A stretch of 64,000 nucleotides of DNA from Fibrobacterota bacterium (GCA_043753995.1 JAYUVP010000098.1:52708-116707); one strand, 5' to 3'. Shown: positions 45,340-56,182, numbered from the stretch's first letter. Notes: a model not told the origin generated them from the letters alone. Numbers and translations are program-made.

Positions 45340-48300
45340 TGGACAAGGCAGGGTTTCGCTGTAGCATCTTCTTCCCTCACCATTGACGCCCACGGGTACA
45401 ACTAGAGAGGATGTAGATACCGCCACTTCCGTGCCAGCGCCTAGCTCCAGCGGATAGTAGGATGTCGAAACGGTTTTGGTGCTGGTAATTTGAGATCCGT
45501 TGAGAAGCCTTATTTTGGCGCCGTCGTAGGCCGAAATAATTCCACGATCAATAACCGAAAATTCGTTTCTATTCATGACGGTGGCAAAAAAATCCAAGGT
45601 GGCATCGGACCCCACCGAAAAATAGGGGGCGAAGCCGGAAGTATTGTCGGAAAAACTTGAGTTTCGGATGGTTGCGGAAGAATTGTCCGTGACTGTGATC
45701 AAATTGGTTTCTCCGAGGTTCCAGCCATCGGCCTTCACATTGGCGAGGAGTAGGCCCGTTCCATCTATTTCAAAGGCCTTTCCATACCCACCTGGGCAAC
45801 CCGGGACAAAGTTGAAATTATCCAAAGTATCCCTGGACACGAGTGTCATCACCACCCTTTGATCGCAAAGGCTTGGGGTGGTTAAAATGGACGGCGAGGT
45901 CAATATTCTTTCCGACACTTGAACGCCGGTTCCAGCCGTAGCGAATCCACCATAGAGGCTGACCCCGGCTGCCAAGGAAAAAGAAGCGTTATCGGGCCGT
46001 ACATAGTTTCCCGTAGTCACCCAGATTTGGTTTCCCGAAGTGCTGCCTCGTGTGGATTGCAAAGCAGCATCTAAATCACCATAGGCCTGATCCCAATTCA
46101 ATCCCGTTTGATTCGTCGTATTGCCCAATTTCACGAAAACCACTTTTGGCCAATAAAACAGGTGAGCTATGGCGGATGTCCTTTGCCCCACGGCATTGAC
46201 CGGGCCATTGATGGTCATGGCATTGTCCCCCTGGGTGCTCAAGGTAAAGAATTGGCTATTGGCCGCCCCGTCGACTCGGTAGCTGACCGTCACCGTATCG
46301 GAAGCTGTCGTATATCGCTGATATTTTGCATCAATAGTCACCAGGGGAATGGGGATATTGACCGTGAGCACCACCGAAGCCGTGCCTTTACGAGCGACTC
46401 GGTCGGTCGCTTCCACCGTGATGGTCGTGGTGACGGTATTGAGGCCCGAGATGGCGCAATTCCAGACCGTGCCTGTTGTGGTAGCGATAACGGTTGATAC
46501 GCCGTATCTACAGACCGCGCCTTGCACTCCCGAACCGGTGCCATCGGAAGTGGTAAAGGCAAGCGTGGTCGCTGTCGAGGTGATGGTGCGATTTCCTCCG
46601 GTAATGGTGACGGTGGGCGCGGTTAAATCCACCACCACGGGAATGGAGGCCGGAGCGGCCGACCCATTTCCTGCCGCATCCTTTTCGCGAACATACAGGG
46701 TATGGCTTCCGTCGGTAAGGGCAGGCGAGGTATAGGTCAGGCCAGTAACGGGTATGGCACCGGTTGCGAAATTATTGTTGTCCATTTTGACTTGGAAATT
46801 GCCATCTCCACCGCCCCCGGAAACCCAGGTAAAGGTCGGCGTGGCCGAACTTGTGGGTGATGCGATGGCATTAGGTACTGGCGAGTTGGGAGCGACATTA
46901 TCCACATGGACATCCGCAAAGCCATCGCCGCCCCAATTGCCCAAGGCATCCTGTTCTCGCACTCGAGCAGTGAATACGATGTCATTTGAATTGTTGAATA
47001 AGGTTGCGGCAGGACTATAAGTCAAGCTGGTGGCTTCAATGCTGTCAATGGCGACCGCCGTGCCGGTCTTGAAAAGGCGAATCTGAAACTTGGCTCCGAC
47101 CCTGCCCGATCCCGTCCAACTCCAAGTTGGAGCGGCATTGGTCAACACCGCGCTACCCACTACCTGTGGGGCCAGCGGGCCGGTGGTTATCACTCGAATG
47201 CTCTGGCTGACCCACGCAGACCAATTGCCAACCGAGTCGCGTTCCCGCACCTTTAAACTATAAGCGCTATCCTTAAGGTTATACGCTGGAGTGAAAGTCA
47301 GGAGTTTTGTTTCGAGTTCCGAGGTCGATCCAAATTGGATTCGGAATGTCCCATTGCCCCCGCCTCCGCCTTTCCAACTCCAGATTGGCGCCTTAGCGAC
47401 GAGGGTGTCGACCGTGGTAAAAATCGGTTTTGCAGGCGGCAGGGTGTCTAAGGTGACAGCGACCGAGGTGGAGTCTTTGCCGAATTCATTGGACTTCTTG
47501 ATCCATAAGACATTTTTCCCATCAATCAATGAAAAGACCGTGGAATCCGGCAATCCACCCACGACATACCGTACCTTAATGGATGGCGTATTGACCGTCG
47601 TGTCCTGCTTTGGGCTGGTAATGGAAATCAGGGGTTTATTGCCGCCGACACGCACTCGTCGAACGAGGGTAATCACATTCCCTTCCCCGTCTTTGGCCGT
47701 GAACACGACGACATAATCATTTGCGGTGGAATAAGTGTAAGTGGCCGTGGCGGTGTCTGAATTGGCGCTTCCTTCAGGATTGCCATCGTTATTGAAATCC
47801 CATGTCAGCAGGACACCGCCGAATTCCTGAGTGACCTTCACCTTAAAGCTGACGGATTGGCCCGGTGCTACGCTTTGATCGGGGCCGGCATCCAGCACGG
47901 GGGCGTCTCGCTTGGCGGAAAGAATCAAGGTATCGAATTTCAGCGAACCCAGGTCCTGAATGGTGATGGTGGCTTTTCCTTCGGCTTTAGCCTTGAGGAG
48001 TCCGGAACCGGAAACCTGTATGACATTGGTATCACTTGAAAAAAATTCCACTGCAGGAGTGATGCTGTCCGGCAAATTCGTGTATTTCAGTGATTGGCCG
48101 ATGGAGCCCACATAAACTGTAGGGCCGGGCCGCACGAAGGCAATCGAAGAAATGGTCGGAGCTGCGATGACGTGAACCAGAACCGTGTCTCGCAATAAAG
48201 GATTGCCATTGGCCGTAGCAATAATCCGGGTTGATCCCGTATCGCGTGGAGTGATGAGACCGGTTGCATCCACCCTGGCTATGGACGTGTCCACGGCGGT

Positions 48301-48831
48301 GAAGGCGATCAGGGCTTTGGCTGAATCGGGCTTCCATGTGACCAAGACCCGGCGAGGCTTGCTGGTTATGGCCAGGGTGATGGCCGAATCACTTAGTTCT
48401 ATGGACTTGAGTGCTACCGTGGTAATGATGCGCACATGGACTATGGTGCCCACGGAATCCTTATCTACGGGGATGAAGAAGTGAATTTTTAGAGTATCGC
48501 CAGAAAAACCTTTGACTTCGATCAAGTATTTGTCGGGGGGATTGCTGCCCAAGTTTAAACCTTTGAGCTCATGGTCGGCATTGTCTTTCCACTCGCCATT
48601 AAAAATCTTGTGGATCAATACCGAGCTGTCGGTGCGCAGAATATTGACTTCCAACGTGGTAAAAAGTCCAGAATCCTTGGACAGTTGCGGATTCAATTTG
48701 ACGTCGATGACTTGCTCGGTGACCGTTTCCACTGAATTGCAGCTCAATAGGCCAAAAGCAATCAGGCCCAGGACGACAACCAAGATTCGGCTGAGATTTT
48801 TCATGATTCGAAACCGGGAAAAACTGTTCAT
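45337..48831 (-). CDS. Giant surface lipoprotein: Big_2, PKD-like and Ig-like domains, C-terminal beta-helix-like domain
   Basis: Lipobox LLSC; ATGA overlap with the upstream stop; WDFNNDG; VRERDSVGN/VREQDALGN/VREKDAAGN repeats; TGLNWDQAYGDL..QIWV..G..LYGGF. Confidence 0.85.
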   Translation of the reverse strand: MNSFSRFRIMKNLSRILVVVLGLIAFGLLSCNSVETVTEQVIDVKLNPQLSKDSGLFTTLEVNILRTDSSVLIHKIFNGEWKDNADHELKGLNLGSNPPDKYLIEVKGFSGDTLKIHFFIPVDKDSVGTIVHVRIITTVALKSIELSDSAITLAITSKPRRVLVTWKPDSAKALIAFTAVDTSIARVDATGLITPRDTGSTRIIATANGNPLLRDTVLVHVIAAPTISSIAFVRPGPTVYVGSIGQSLKYTNLPDSITPAVEFFSSDTNVIQVSGSGLLKAKAEGKATITIQDLGSLKFDTLILSAKRDAPVLDAGPDQSVAPGQSVSFKVKVTQEFGGVLLTWDFNNDGNPEGSANSDTATATYTYSTANDYVVVFTAKDGEGNVITLVRRVRVGGNKPLISITSPKQDTTVNTPSIKVRYVVGGLPDSTVFSLIDGKNVLWIKKSNEFGKDSTSVAVTLDTLPPAKPIFTTVDTLVAKAPIWSWKGGGGGNGTFRIQFGSTSELETKLLTFTPAYNLKDSAYSLKVRERDSVGNWSAWVSQSIRVITTGPLAPQVVGSAVLTNAAPTWSWTGSGRVGAKFQIRLFKTGTAVAIDSIEATSLTYSPAATLFNNSNDIVFTARVREQDALGNWGGDGFADVHVDNVAPNSPVPNAIASPTSSATPTFTWVSGGGGDGNFQVKMDNNNFATGAIPVTGLTYTSPALTDGSHTLYVREKDAAGNGSAAPASIPVVVDLTAPTVTITGGNRTITSTATTLAFTTSDGTGSGVQGAVCRYGVSTVIATTTGTVWNCAISGLNTVTTTITVEATDRVARKGTASVVLTVNIPIPLVTIDAKYQRYTTASDTVTVSYRVDGAANSQFFTLSTQGDNAMTINGPVNAVGQRTSAIAHLFYWPKVVFVKLGNTTNQTGLNWDQAYGDLDAALQSTRGSTSGNQIWVTTGNYVRPDNASFSLAAGVSLYGGFATAGTGVQVSERILTSPSILTTPSLCDQRVVMTLVSRDTLDNFNFVPGCPGGYGKAFEIDGTGLLLANVKADGWNLGETNLITVTDNSSATIRNSSFSDNTSGFAPYFSVGSDATLDFFATVMNRNEFSVIDRGIISAYDGAKIRLLNGSQITSTKTVSTSYYPLELGAGTEVAVSTSSLVVPVGVNGEGRRCYSETLPCP

Positions 48832-49487
48832 GGATTCACCGGGGTTTCGCCGTTTATTTGACGTTTGCTTGTAGTAGTCTTGGTTTCCGGTTCGGATTGG
48901 ATAAGGACAAAGGCGCTGACCGCGGCTCCCACGGCGATTGCCGAGCCTGCCGTCCACCATAGCCAAGAGGAAGACTTCGTATCCGACCTGGACACGACAG
49001 GTTTTGGCATCGGGAGGGTTTCTTCCTTTTTGCTTTTATCCTTGTGAATCAGATTTCCGAATTGATCATGGTTCTTGACATATTCCGCCTGGCTTGCCTT
49101 TTCCCTTTTCACCGAATTGAAAACCTCAATCACTCTTTCCGATGGAAATAAGTCGACAAGTTCGATGGCGGGGCTCAAATCCAGCAATCGATTGAAATAG
49201 CTGATGGCCTTCGGACGACTCCCGGAATCTGCGGCGCAAATGACTCCCAGGTATTTGTAGGCGACAATGCGATCTTCACGGGGCACATTTGCATCCCCCT
49301 TGGTGCGCAAGACTCCCTCAAGATTGGTTTTGAGGTATTCCCATTCACTTTCGGTATAGGCCTTGTGAATGGCCTGGGAATTCATGCGGAAAGGTTTGGT
49401 GGAGCTAGGGGCTGCATGGGGTCTTTGACTCGTCGCCACTCCTAACAAGAGACCGAGGACAACAAAGAACGGAGTACGGATTCGCAT
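48828..49487 (-). CDS. Exported TPR-like helical protein with C-terminal Gly/Ala-rich helix (paralog of 5346..5966)
   Basis: AAGGA RBS before ATG 49487; KYLGVICA..LVDLF..; WLWWTAGSAIAVGAAVSAF. Confidence 0.75.
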   Translation of the reverse strand: MRIRTPFFVVLGLLLGVATSQRPHAAPSSTKPFRMNSQAIHKAYTESEWEYLKTNLEGVLRTKGDANVPREDRIVAYKYLGVICAADSGSRPKAISYFNRLLDLSPAIELVDLFPSERVIEVFNSVKREKASQAEYVKNHDQFGNLIHKDKSKKEETLPMPKPVVSRSDTKSSSWLWWTAGSAIAVGAAVSAFVLIQSEPETKTTTSKRQINGETPVNP

Positions 49488-49625
49488 GAGCCATTTCCTT
49501 AAAACATCAAAGTGATGATGTTTTTCAGAGCGGAAAGATAGCTTGGACCGACCTTCGACCCTGTGATCAAGCTCACATCCAGTCAGCGCAAATTTCATTA
49601 AGGTTTAAGGCCAGCTTTGGAATAT

Positions 49626-49681
49626 TGGGACAAAATGCTCAAGGCTGGGACAGAATGCTCAAGACTGGGACAGAATGCCCA
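49626..49681. repeat. 20-bp tandem repeat (about 2.8 copies) in a divergent intergenic region
   Basis: tgggacaaaatgctcaaggc / tgggacagaatgctcaagac / tgggacagaatgccca. Confidence 0.85.
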
Positions 49682-49770
49682 TTCGTGGGTTCACCTTTCA
49701 CTACCGTTGCTAACCTTTGCAGTCCACTGGTGCTTTCGCGAACTTCCCCGCTCCCAACCAAGGCCAAAAC

Positions 49771-52143
49771 ATGTTGTTTCCACGTTCATTGCCGCCTAAG
49801 CTGACCCACCTTTTTTTGCTTTTAGGCATAAGCTGTTTTTCCGCTTTTGCTACGGAGAGAACCGTCTCGAAAACCAGTTCGGCGGATTTTACCACCCTAC
49901 AAGCGGGAGTGAATGCGTCACATGCGGGTGACACCCTCACCATTCTGGATACGGCTACCTATGAAGAGCAAGTCACCTTGCCAGCCTCCCTTCATCATTT
50001 CACCTTGCATTCGTCGTTCCCAAGCTCCCTATCTAAGCCCAGAATTCGTTGGCTCGATGGTGAGAATATCGGCCCGAAAAATTGCCAAGAAGCCCAGGAT
50101 ACCAGCAAGATCACCTATCTGAGAAATGGGGCCTTGCGTCTGCTCGGCGCGAGGTTTGTACGCATACAGGGAATTGCCATCGATGGAGGTGGGCAAACTC
50201 CGTTTGCCTATTCTCAGGTTTGGGGGAATGGCGTCGATTGCAGCGGGCCGCTAAATCCCTTATTCCATGGCAATGTGGGAGTGGTCGTAATCAATTCTGC
50301 AAATATCCAAATCCTGGATTGCGAAATTGCGAATGCTTTTTTCGGGCTATACCTCCGCAATGCGGAAGTCTCCGGCCCCTTTGCCTTTGGGGAATATCCG
50401 GTGCGACTGGCCCCACTGTCCTCCTTGGCCCAGGGCAATCACCTTATAGCAAGCAATGCAGTTCACCATAATGCCTTCGGATTTTTTATCGAGTCGACAA
50501 GCGGACTGGGAAGCACTTTCCGTGACAATAGGATTTATCAAAACCATCATGCTGATGAAAATGTGTCTAAAGTAAAATCGTTGCTTGACGGTCAAAACTA
50601 TCCCGGTGGAGCATTTCTGTTCAAAAATGCTGCCTTTAGCTCCATGGCCATTCACAACAACACTTTCCACGAGAATTCTCACCTATTGATTGGCAATTAT
50701 CGGCCGGGCTCTCAGTATTTATTGGCCAATAATTGCTTTGGCCGTCCTTATCATTATGACAATGACCCAGCTGCGCCCTTTCCCAATTCTTTTCAGGAAA
50801 TGCTGCCACTATTTCAAAAGCGCAGCAAACACAATCTCCTTGCGGCCCAGTGGGGAAAGCCCCCGCGGGATTCAGTTAGCATGAGGGTGCAAAGATATGA
50901 CGAGGGAAAACAGCAGGTCCTAATCGCTGATTCCGTGGTCCATTTATTCCGCGCAGTCAGAATCCTAAATGGCATGCCGACGCCGGATCTGGATAGTCCG
51001 ATGGTAAAATTCATCCTTCCCTTCCTGGCGGGGCCCCAAGAGATTTTGGAAAAGGGTCCGCTAGGATTTTACCCTGGTGCCAGCATTACTGGCCGAGGGC
51101 AAACTGGCTCTTCCATTTCCAGCGATGCAAATAATCGTTGGCTTGAAACCGATTTCGTTTCGGTGAATTCGCGCGATGCTGATTTTCTAAAGCCCATTCG
51201 TGAACAACTACCCTTTTTCAGCAAGCAGGGTTGGGCTGAATTCGGCTACATGACGACTTCAGGAGATACCGCATCCATCGGTGCCTTAAGCGCCAGCGAG
51301 CGGTCATCAGGGTCCTTGCACATTATTCCACTCACTCCAGTCCTGCCTGAAAATGGAAAATGGACTTTGAATTTTATTGTCAAAGGCTGGGACGGCCCTC
51401 TCGCGAATTTACGCATCATCTATTTACGAGCAATTCGAGGTTTGTCGCCCAATACCCTTGGCTTTGGAGGTGTAAGCATAGGCATTACACCCGCTGCCTC
51501 TTTGATACCCCAGCCGGGATCCCCAATCGAGATGGGATTCAATTCCCTGCAAGTCTCCGCTCCCTTTGCCGAATCGGATTCGGTGGGCTTTGTCGAAATG
51601 GCTATTCAAGCCAGAAATGCTTCGGGGCAATGGGTATTCAGCAATGTGGCGACTCTACCTTTGATACCGCTGGAATCCCCCTTTGATGTTCAGGTGTGGC
51701 AGGCCAATAAAGACAGCGCCGTGACTGAATGGGAGGCAGGACAAACGGTCCGCATACGCGTGTCAGATAAAGCACCCTTACTCCGCGATACGGCTATCGC
51801 CTTAGGGTTAGTCTCTGGAGGCAACCTGGAAATATTGGATACCTTGCCTCGCGACCGAAATGGATTATTCCTTTCGCCAAGGCCTTTTATCGTGCGCGCT
51901 AGGGTCGCCGACTTTCCGGAAGGTGGAGTCGAGTTGGTCTATGCCTCCGCCTTGCCATATGAAAGGTCATATAAGAATCGATACTCGGTTTCTGGCCCCA
52001 TTAGGAGCAAGAGCACAACCACCAAGGTTGGAGCGAAGCTCTCCAAGCGAGAAGGGTCGAGGTTCTCACGCAAAGGGAATGAGAGACATCCGAGAAATGT
52101 CCTCGGTCGGCTCCCGAGCCCTTATTCCAGCACCCCAAGATAA
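49771..52143 (+). CDS. Secreted right-handed beta-helix (pectin-lyase-fold) protein
   Basis: Signal peptide; ADFTTLQAGVNA..GDTLTI..TYEEQV; Asn-ladder repeats; basic tail ending RNVLGR. Confidence 0.75.
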   Translation: MLFPRSLPPKLTHLFLLLGISCFSAFATERTVSKTSSADFTTLQAGVNASHAGDTLTILDTATYEEQVTLPASLHHFTLHSSFPSSLSKPRIRWLDGENIGPKNCQEAQDTSKITYLRNGALRLLGARFVRIQGIAIDGGGQTPFAYSQVWGNGVDCSGPLNPLFHGNVGVVVINSANIQILDCEIANAFFGLYLRNAEVSGPFAFGEYPVRLAPLSSLAQGNHLIASNAVHHNAFGFFIESTSGLGSTFRDNRIYQNHHADENVSKVKSLLDGQNYPGGAFLFKNAAFSSMAIHNNTFHENSHLLIGNYRPGSQYLLANNCFGRPYHYDNDPAAPFPNSFQEMLPLFQKRSKHNLLAAQWGKPPRDSVSMRVQRYDEGKQQVLIADSVVHLFRAVRILNGMPTPDLDSPMVKFILPFLAGPQEILEKGPLGFYPGASITGRGQTGSSISSDANNRWLETDFVSVNSRDADFLKPIREQLPFFSKQGWAEFGYMTTSGDTASIGALSASERSSGSLHIIPLTPVLPENGKWTLNFIVKGWDGPLANLRIIYLRAIRGLSPNTLGFGGVSIGITPAASLIPQPGSPIEMGFNSLQVSAPFAESDSVGFVEMAIQARNASGQWVFSNVATLPLIPLESPFDVQVWQANKDSAVTEWEAGQTVRIRVSDKAPLLRDTAIALGLVSGGNLEILDTLPRDRNGLFLSPRPFIVRARVADFPEGGVELVYASALPYERSYKNRYSVSGPIRSKSTTTKVGAKLSKREGSRFSRKGNERHPRNVLGRLPSPYSSTPR

Positions 52144-52628
52144 GGCAAGTTGCGGTGCAAGCCCGCATGGTCCATCCCATAACCCACGACGAATTCATCC
52201 TCGATGGTGAAGCCGAGATAGTCGATAGGCACGGCTACGATTTGCCGTGACGGCTTAAAAAGTAAAGACGCTAATTTCAGGCTCGCGGGCTTATGCGCAC
52301 GTAGCACTTCCAGCAAACGCGTTGAAGTGCGGCCGGTATCGACAATGTCTTCCACCAGCAAAAGATCGCAGCCATCGAGTGCGAGATCGGTGACCTCGTT
52401 GATACGCACCGAACCCGAAGAAACCGTGGCGTCACCATAGCTTTCGGCGCGAATGAATTCGATGCGTAGCGGAATCCCGATGGCGCGTGCCAAGTCGGCA
52501 GTGAAGACGAAGGCTCCTTTCAGGGAGCAGACCAGAACGAGATCACGGCCTTCGTAGTCGCGAGCGATTTCGCGCCCCAATTCGGCTACGCGCGCGGCGA
52601 TGATTTCGGATGAGAGTAAGATTTTCAT
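52122..52628 (-). CDS. hpt: Hypoxanthine phosphoribosyltransferase
   Basis: LKGAFVFTADL, LLVEDIVDTGRT, FVVGYGMD..RNLPY. Confidence 0.96.
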   Translation of the reverse strand: MKILLSSEIIAARVAELGREIARDYEGRDLVLVCSLKGAFVFTADLARAIGIPLRIEFIRAESYGDATVSSGSVRINEVTDLALDGCDLLLVEDIVDTGRTSTRLLEVLRAHKPASLKLASLLFKPSRQIVAVPIDYLGFTIEDEFVVGYGMDHAGLHRNLPYLGVLE

Positions 52629-52633
52629 ATGCG

Positions 52634-53527
52634 CTACCATTTCCCCGACGCACCGCCACCACCGAAACTACCCCCTCCGCCGCTATATCCTCCGCCTCCT
52701 CCGCTGGAGCTTCGGCCACCGCTGCTGGAACCCCACCCCGAACTAGATCTTCGAGAGTTTGAAGAATTGCCATCGCCATTCAGCAATACCATGACGAAAA
52801 AACAAAGGCTTCCAAGGAAAATTAAAGCGGCTTGCAATAATATCGCAAGAAAGGAATCGGAAAAGAAAAACCCAACCGGAATGGAAATCAAGGCGGCAGC
52901 CAAAGCCATGCGGACCGGGTAAAGAAAGGAGCCGAAGAAGCCACCGATGCAGGACAGGACAAAAACAGAATAGGTTAATTCCGTCGACCACCTAAACCAT
53001 TCTTTTTCCGGTGGCACATATTCCGGTTCAGGTAAGGTCTCTCCCTCTATCACCTTAGCCAAGGCATCGACCCCAGCTCTAATACCGCCCCCGAAATCAC
53101 CTAGGCTGAATAGTGGTGTCACCATTTCATCGATAATTCGACGCGAAAGGGCATCGGTCAAGGCGCCTTCCAGCCCATAACCGACTTCGATACGCATGGT
53201 GCGGTCTTCTTTTACGATGAGGAATAGGACTCCGTCATCCATGTTTTTGCGGCCTAATTTCCATTGTTCCACAACGCGAATCGAATAGGCATCTATGGTT
53301 TCCGGGCGAGTTGTGGCCACCAGCAAAACCGCGACCTGACTACCCTTTTTTGTTTCGAGTTCCTGCAGTCGATTTGAAATGGATTCGATGGCTATTTCGC
53401 TCAAAGTGCCCGTTTGATCAGTGACTCGACTTTTTAGATCGGGTATGGCTAGGAGGTCTTGGGCATAGGCAGGCGCAAGAAGAAATAGGAAGAGCAGCCA
53501 TAAAACCGGCAGGGTCACTTTTCGCAC
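52634..53527 (-). CDS. TPM-domain (YgcG-like) membrane protein
   Basis: VTDQTGTL, WKLG..DDGVL, RIEVGYGLEG, tail GGGGSFGGGGASGKW. Start taken at GTG 53527 (uncertain). Confidence 0.9.
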   Translation of the reverse strand: MRKVTLPVLWLLFLFLLAPAYAQDLLAIPDLKSRVTDQTGTLSEIAIESISNRLQELETKKGSQVAVLLVATTRPETIDAYSIRVVEQWKLGRKNMDDGVLFLIVKEDRTMRIEVGYGLEGALTDALSRRIIDEMVTPLFSLGDFGGGIRAGVDALAKVIEGETLPEPEYVPPEKEWFRWSTELTYSVFVLSCIGGFFGSFLYPVRMALAAALISIPVGFFFSDSFLAILLQAALIFLGSLCFFVMVLLNGDGNSSNSRRSSSGWGSSSGGRSSSGGGGGYSGGGGSFGGGGASGKW

Positions 53528-53755
53528 GGATTTCCATTCATAGCATTTGGTTTCAAAGGCCAGGCAAAGCCTTATGTGACTCAATACCAGAGAAATCCCC
53601 AATTTATGCGCCGTTAATTCTGTATAGGAAAGGAAATCGTGACAATAAGATGATTTGTAGCATTCGCTCTATTGCTTATCTATAGATCAACCTAACGCCC
53701 AATTTTGCCACGCGAGCCACTCGTGCGGCGAGGGTCGCCGCACTCAGCAAGGTTT

Positions 53756-54967
53756 TCACCTATCCAGCTCGCCCGCGATCACATTAAAGCTCGCCAAGAT
53801 GGCCACCAAGTCGGCCAGCATTGAACCTTCGATCAATTTCGGGAAAATCGGATAATTGATAAACGAAGGCGGACGAATGCGCACGCGATAGGGATTACTC
53901 GATCCATCGGAGACGATGAAGAATCCGAGCTCGCCATTGGGCGCTTCGGTGGATCCATAATATTCGCCCACGGCAGGATGCAAGCCATGGTCTTCGCCCG
54001 GCATAATCATCTTGAAATGGTGAATCAGCGATTCCATGTCGCGATAAGTCGAAGTCTTGTCGGGCAAGGACTTTTTCTGATCCTGATATTGAATCGGGCC
54101 CGGCTCAAGCAATTTCATGGCTTGGCGCACTAGCTTGATGCTCTCTTCCATTTCGTCGATACGCACCTTGAAGCGCGCCATCGAATCGCCCGCATCATAA
54201 GTCGGCACCTTGAAATCGAGCTCATTGTAAATCAAATAAGGCCGGAATTTGCGCATGTCATAGGCCACGCCGCTCGCGCGCGCCATGGGCCCGGTGATGC
54301 CATAGGCCATGACATCATCCGCCGAAATCGCGCCCACACCTTGGGTGCGGTCGATGAAAATGCGGTTCTTGTAAAAGCTATCGCGCAAGACACCGAGCGT
54401 GCGTTCCATGCTGTCGAGCACGGCGTTGACGCGTTTGTCGAAGCCCTCGGGCAAATCGAAAGCAATGCCGCCCACGCGGGCATAGCTCGTGGTGAGGCGG
54501 GTGCCGGTGACGGCCTCGAAGACGTCGTAAAGCTTTTCGCGCTCGACGAAAGTCCACAGAATGGACGAGAATGCGCCCAAGTCCATGGCCAAGGCGCCCA
54601 CGCACAGAGAATGATCGGCGATTCGCGACAATTCGCATAAAATGGTGCGAATCACTTGGCAGCGTCGCGGCGGGACTATGCCCAGCATTTCCTCGACGGT
54701 CACGGTGAAGCCGATATTGTTATTCAGCGGCGAGAAATAATTGAGGCGATCCGACAAGGTGACGAATTGATTGTAGCTGCGATGCTCGCCCAGCTTCTCG
54801 AAGCCGGTATGCAAAAAGCCGATTTCTTGCTCGCACTTGAGGATGCGTTCGCCCCTCACCTGCATTTTCACCCGCAAAGTGCCATGCATGGCCGGATGCG
54901 AAGGGCCCACATTCATGTGGACGATATTGTCTTCTTGCTCGACGATTTCTTGTTCGTAGGAATACAT
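53756..54967 (-). CDS. nuoD: NADH-quinone oxidoreductase subunit D
   Basis: GPSHPAMHGTLR, GFLHTGFEK, EAPNGELG, terminal GELDR. Confidence 0.97.
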   Translation of the reverse strand: MYSYEQEIVEQEDNIVHMNVGPSHPAMHGTLRVKMQVRGERILKCEQEIGFLHTGFEKLGEHRSYNQFVTLSDRLNYFSPLNNNIGFTVTVEEMLGIVPPRRCQVIRTILCELSRIADHSLCVGALAMDLGAFSSILWTFVEREKLYDVFEAVTGTRLTTSYARVGGIAFDLPEGFDKRVNAVLDSMERTLGVLRDSFYKNRIFIDRTQGVGAISADDVMAYGITGPMARASGVAYDMRKFRPYLIYNELDFKVPTYDAGDSMARFKVRIDEMEESIKLVRQAMKLLEPGPIQYQDQKKSLPDKTSTYRDMESLIHHFKMIMPGEDHGLHPAVGEYYGSTEAPNGELGFFIVSDGSSNPYRVRIRPPSFINYPIFPKLIEGSMLADLVAILASFNVIAGELDR

Positions 54968-54990
54968 GGTTGTGTGGCGCGAAATCCGGA

Positions 54991-55569
54991 TTAGTCCGGA
55001 CGGTTCGGGGCCTTCTCCATCGGAACGGCGTGATAGACGGGAAAGTTGCCGCGTTCGCCGCGTCCGCGCAGGGGATAGTCTTTGCGCAAGGGATGACCGT
55101 CAAAATCTTCTGGCATCAAGATGCGCTGCATATTGGGATGACCCACGAAGTTTATGCCATACAAGTCGAAGACTTCACGCTCGGTCCAATTGGCGCCGGG
55201 AAAGAAATCAGTGATGGAATCGACTTGGGGATTTTCTTCGGAGACCAGCGCCTTGATCTGCACCTTCACGCCCAAGGCGGGGGAAAGCAAGGTGGTGACC
55301 ACCGCAAAACGCTCGGAAGGCCGCACGCCATATTTCAAATAATCCGCGGCGGTCAAATCGATGAAATAGTGAAACCCTAGGTCGGCCGCAGCTCGCAACC
55401 AGCCGATGAGGGCCTTGGCCTCGCTGCCATCCACCGTGAATTGGTGATAAAGCTCTTTCGCTTCATGATGCAAAAGCTTGTCGCCGAGCTTGGCCTTGAC
55501 CTTTTCCTCGACCACGGCCAAGTTGGCGGCATTGAATACCATGGGAGTCACCGGCGTGTTAACCGACAT
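54991..55569 (-). CDS. nuoC: NADH-quinone oxidoreductase subunit C
   Basis: ANWTEREVFDLYGI.F.GHP..RIL..GHPLRKDYP. Confidence 0.96.
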   Translation of the reverse strand: MSVNTPVTPMVFNAANLAVVEEKVKAKLGDKLLHHEAKELYHQFTVDGSEAKALIGWLRAAADLGFHYFIDLTAADYLKYGVRPSERFAVVTTLLSPALGVKVQIKALVSEENPQVDSITDFFPGANWTEREVFDLYGINFVGHPNMQRILMPEDFDGHPLRKDYPLRGRGERGNFPVYHAVPMEKAPNRPD

Positions 55570-55570
55570 T

Positions 55571-56182
55571 TCAGCAACCGCCTTTGCGTGCGGTTTCCAA
55601 TTTTTCGGCGGCAGCGGCCAAATGGGGAGCGGGATGGCTATAAAAGGTATCGGGCGTGCGAGCGGCTGTTGAAAGCGATGTGTCCATGGCCGGGTCATTC
55701 ACCACATATTCTTGCGAGCGCGCCTTGCCTTTCTTGGCCTTTTCCTGAATCATCATCAGGCCGTCGATTAAGGCTTCAGGACGCGGCGGGCAGCCGGGAA
55801 TATAGACGTCAACGGGAATAAACTGGTCCACGCCTTGGATGAGGGTATAGGTGTCGAAGACACCGCCCGAAGAGGCGCAAGCACCCATGGAAATGCACCA
55901 CTTCGGCTCAGGCATTTGTTCCCAAATGCGCTGTAAAACCGGCATCATCTTGAGCGAAATGCGCCCGGAGACAATGAGCAAGTCGCTTTGGCGCGGCGAA
56001 AATTTGAGCACTTCTGATCCGAAGCGTGACGCATCGTATTTCGACATGAAGGTGGCCATCATTTCAATGCCGCAGCAAGCCGTACCGAAAGGCATGGGCC
56101 ACATGCTATTGGCTCTCGCCCAATTGATGGCGAAATCCAAATTGGTGGTGATGGCGTCATTGAGGGCGGAGGTTAATCCCAT
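55571..56182 (-). CDS. nuoB: NADH-quinone oxidoreductase subunit B
   Basis: [31 protein letters not shown]. Confidence 0.97.
   Translation of the reverse strand: MGLTSALNDAITTNLDFAINWARANSMWPMPFGTACCGIEMMATFMSKYDASRFGSEVLKFSPRQSDLLIVSGRISLKMMPVLQRIWEQMPEPKWCISMGACASSGGVFDTYTLIQGVDQFIPVDVYIPGCPPRPEALIDGLMMIQEKAKKGKARSQEYVVNDPAMDTSLSTAARTPDTFYSHPAPHLAAAAEKLETARKGGC

Noticed and set aside
48832..48966. N-terminal extension of the 1209-aa ORF
   Set aside because: It overlaps the upstream gene. The ATGA-coupled start at 48831 gives a normal lipoprotein signal.
49626..49681. Mini-CRISPR
   Set aside because: Repeats are contiguous with no spacers.
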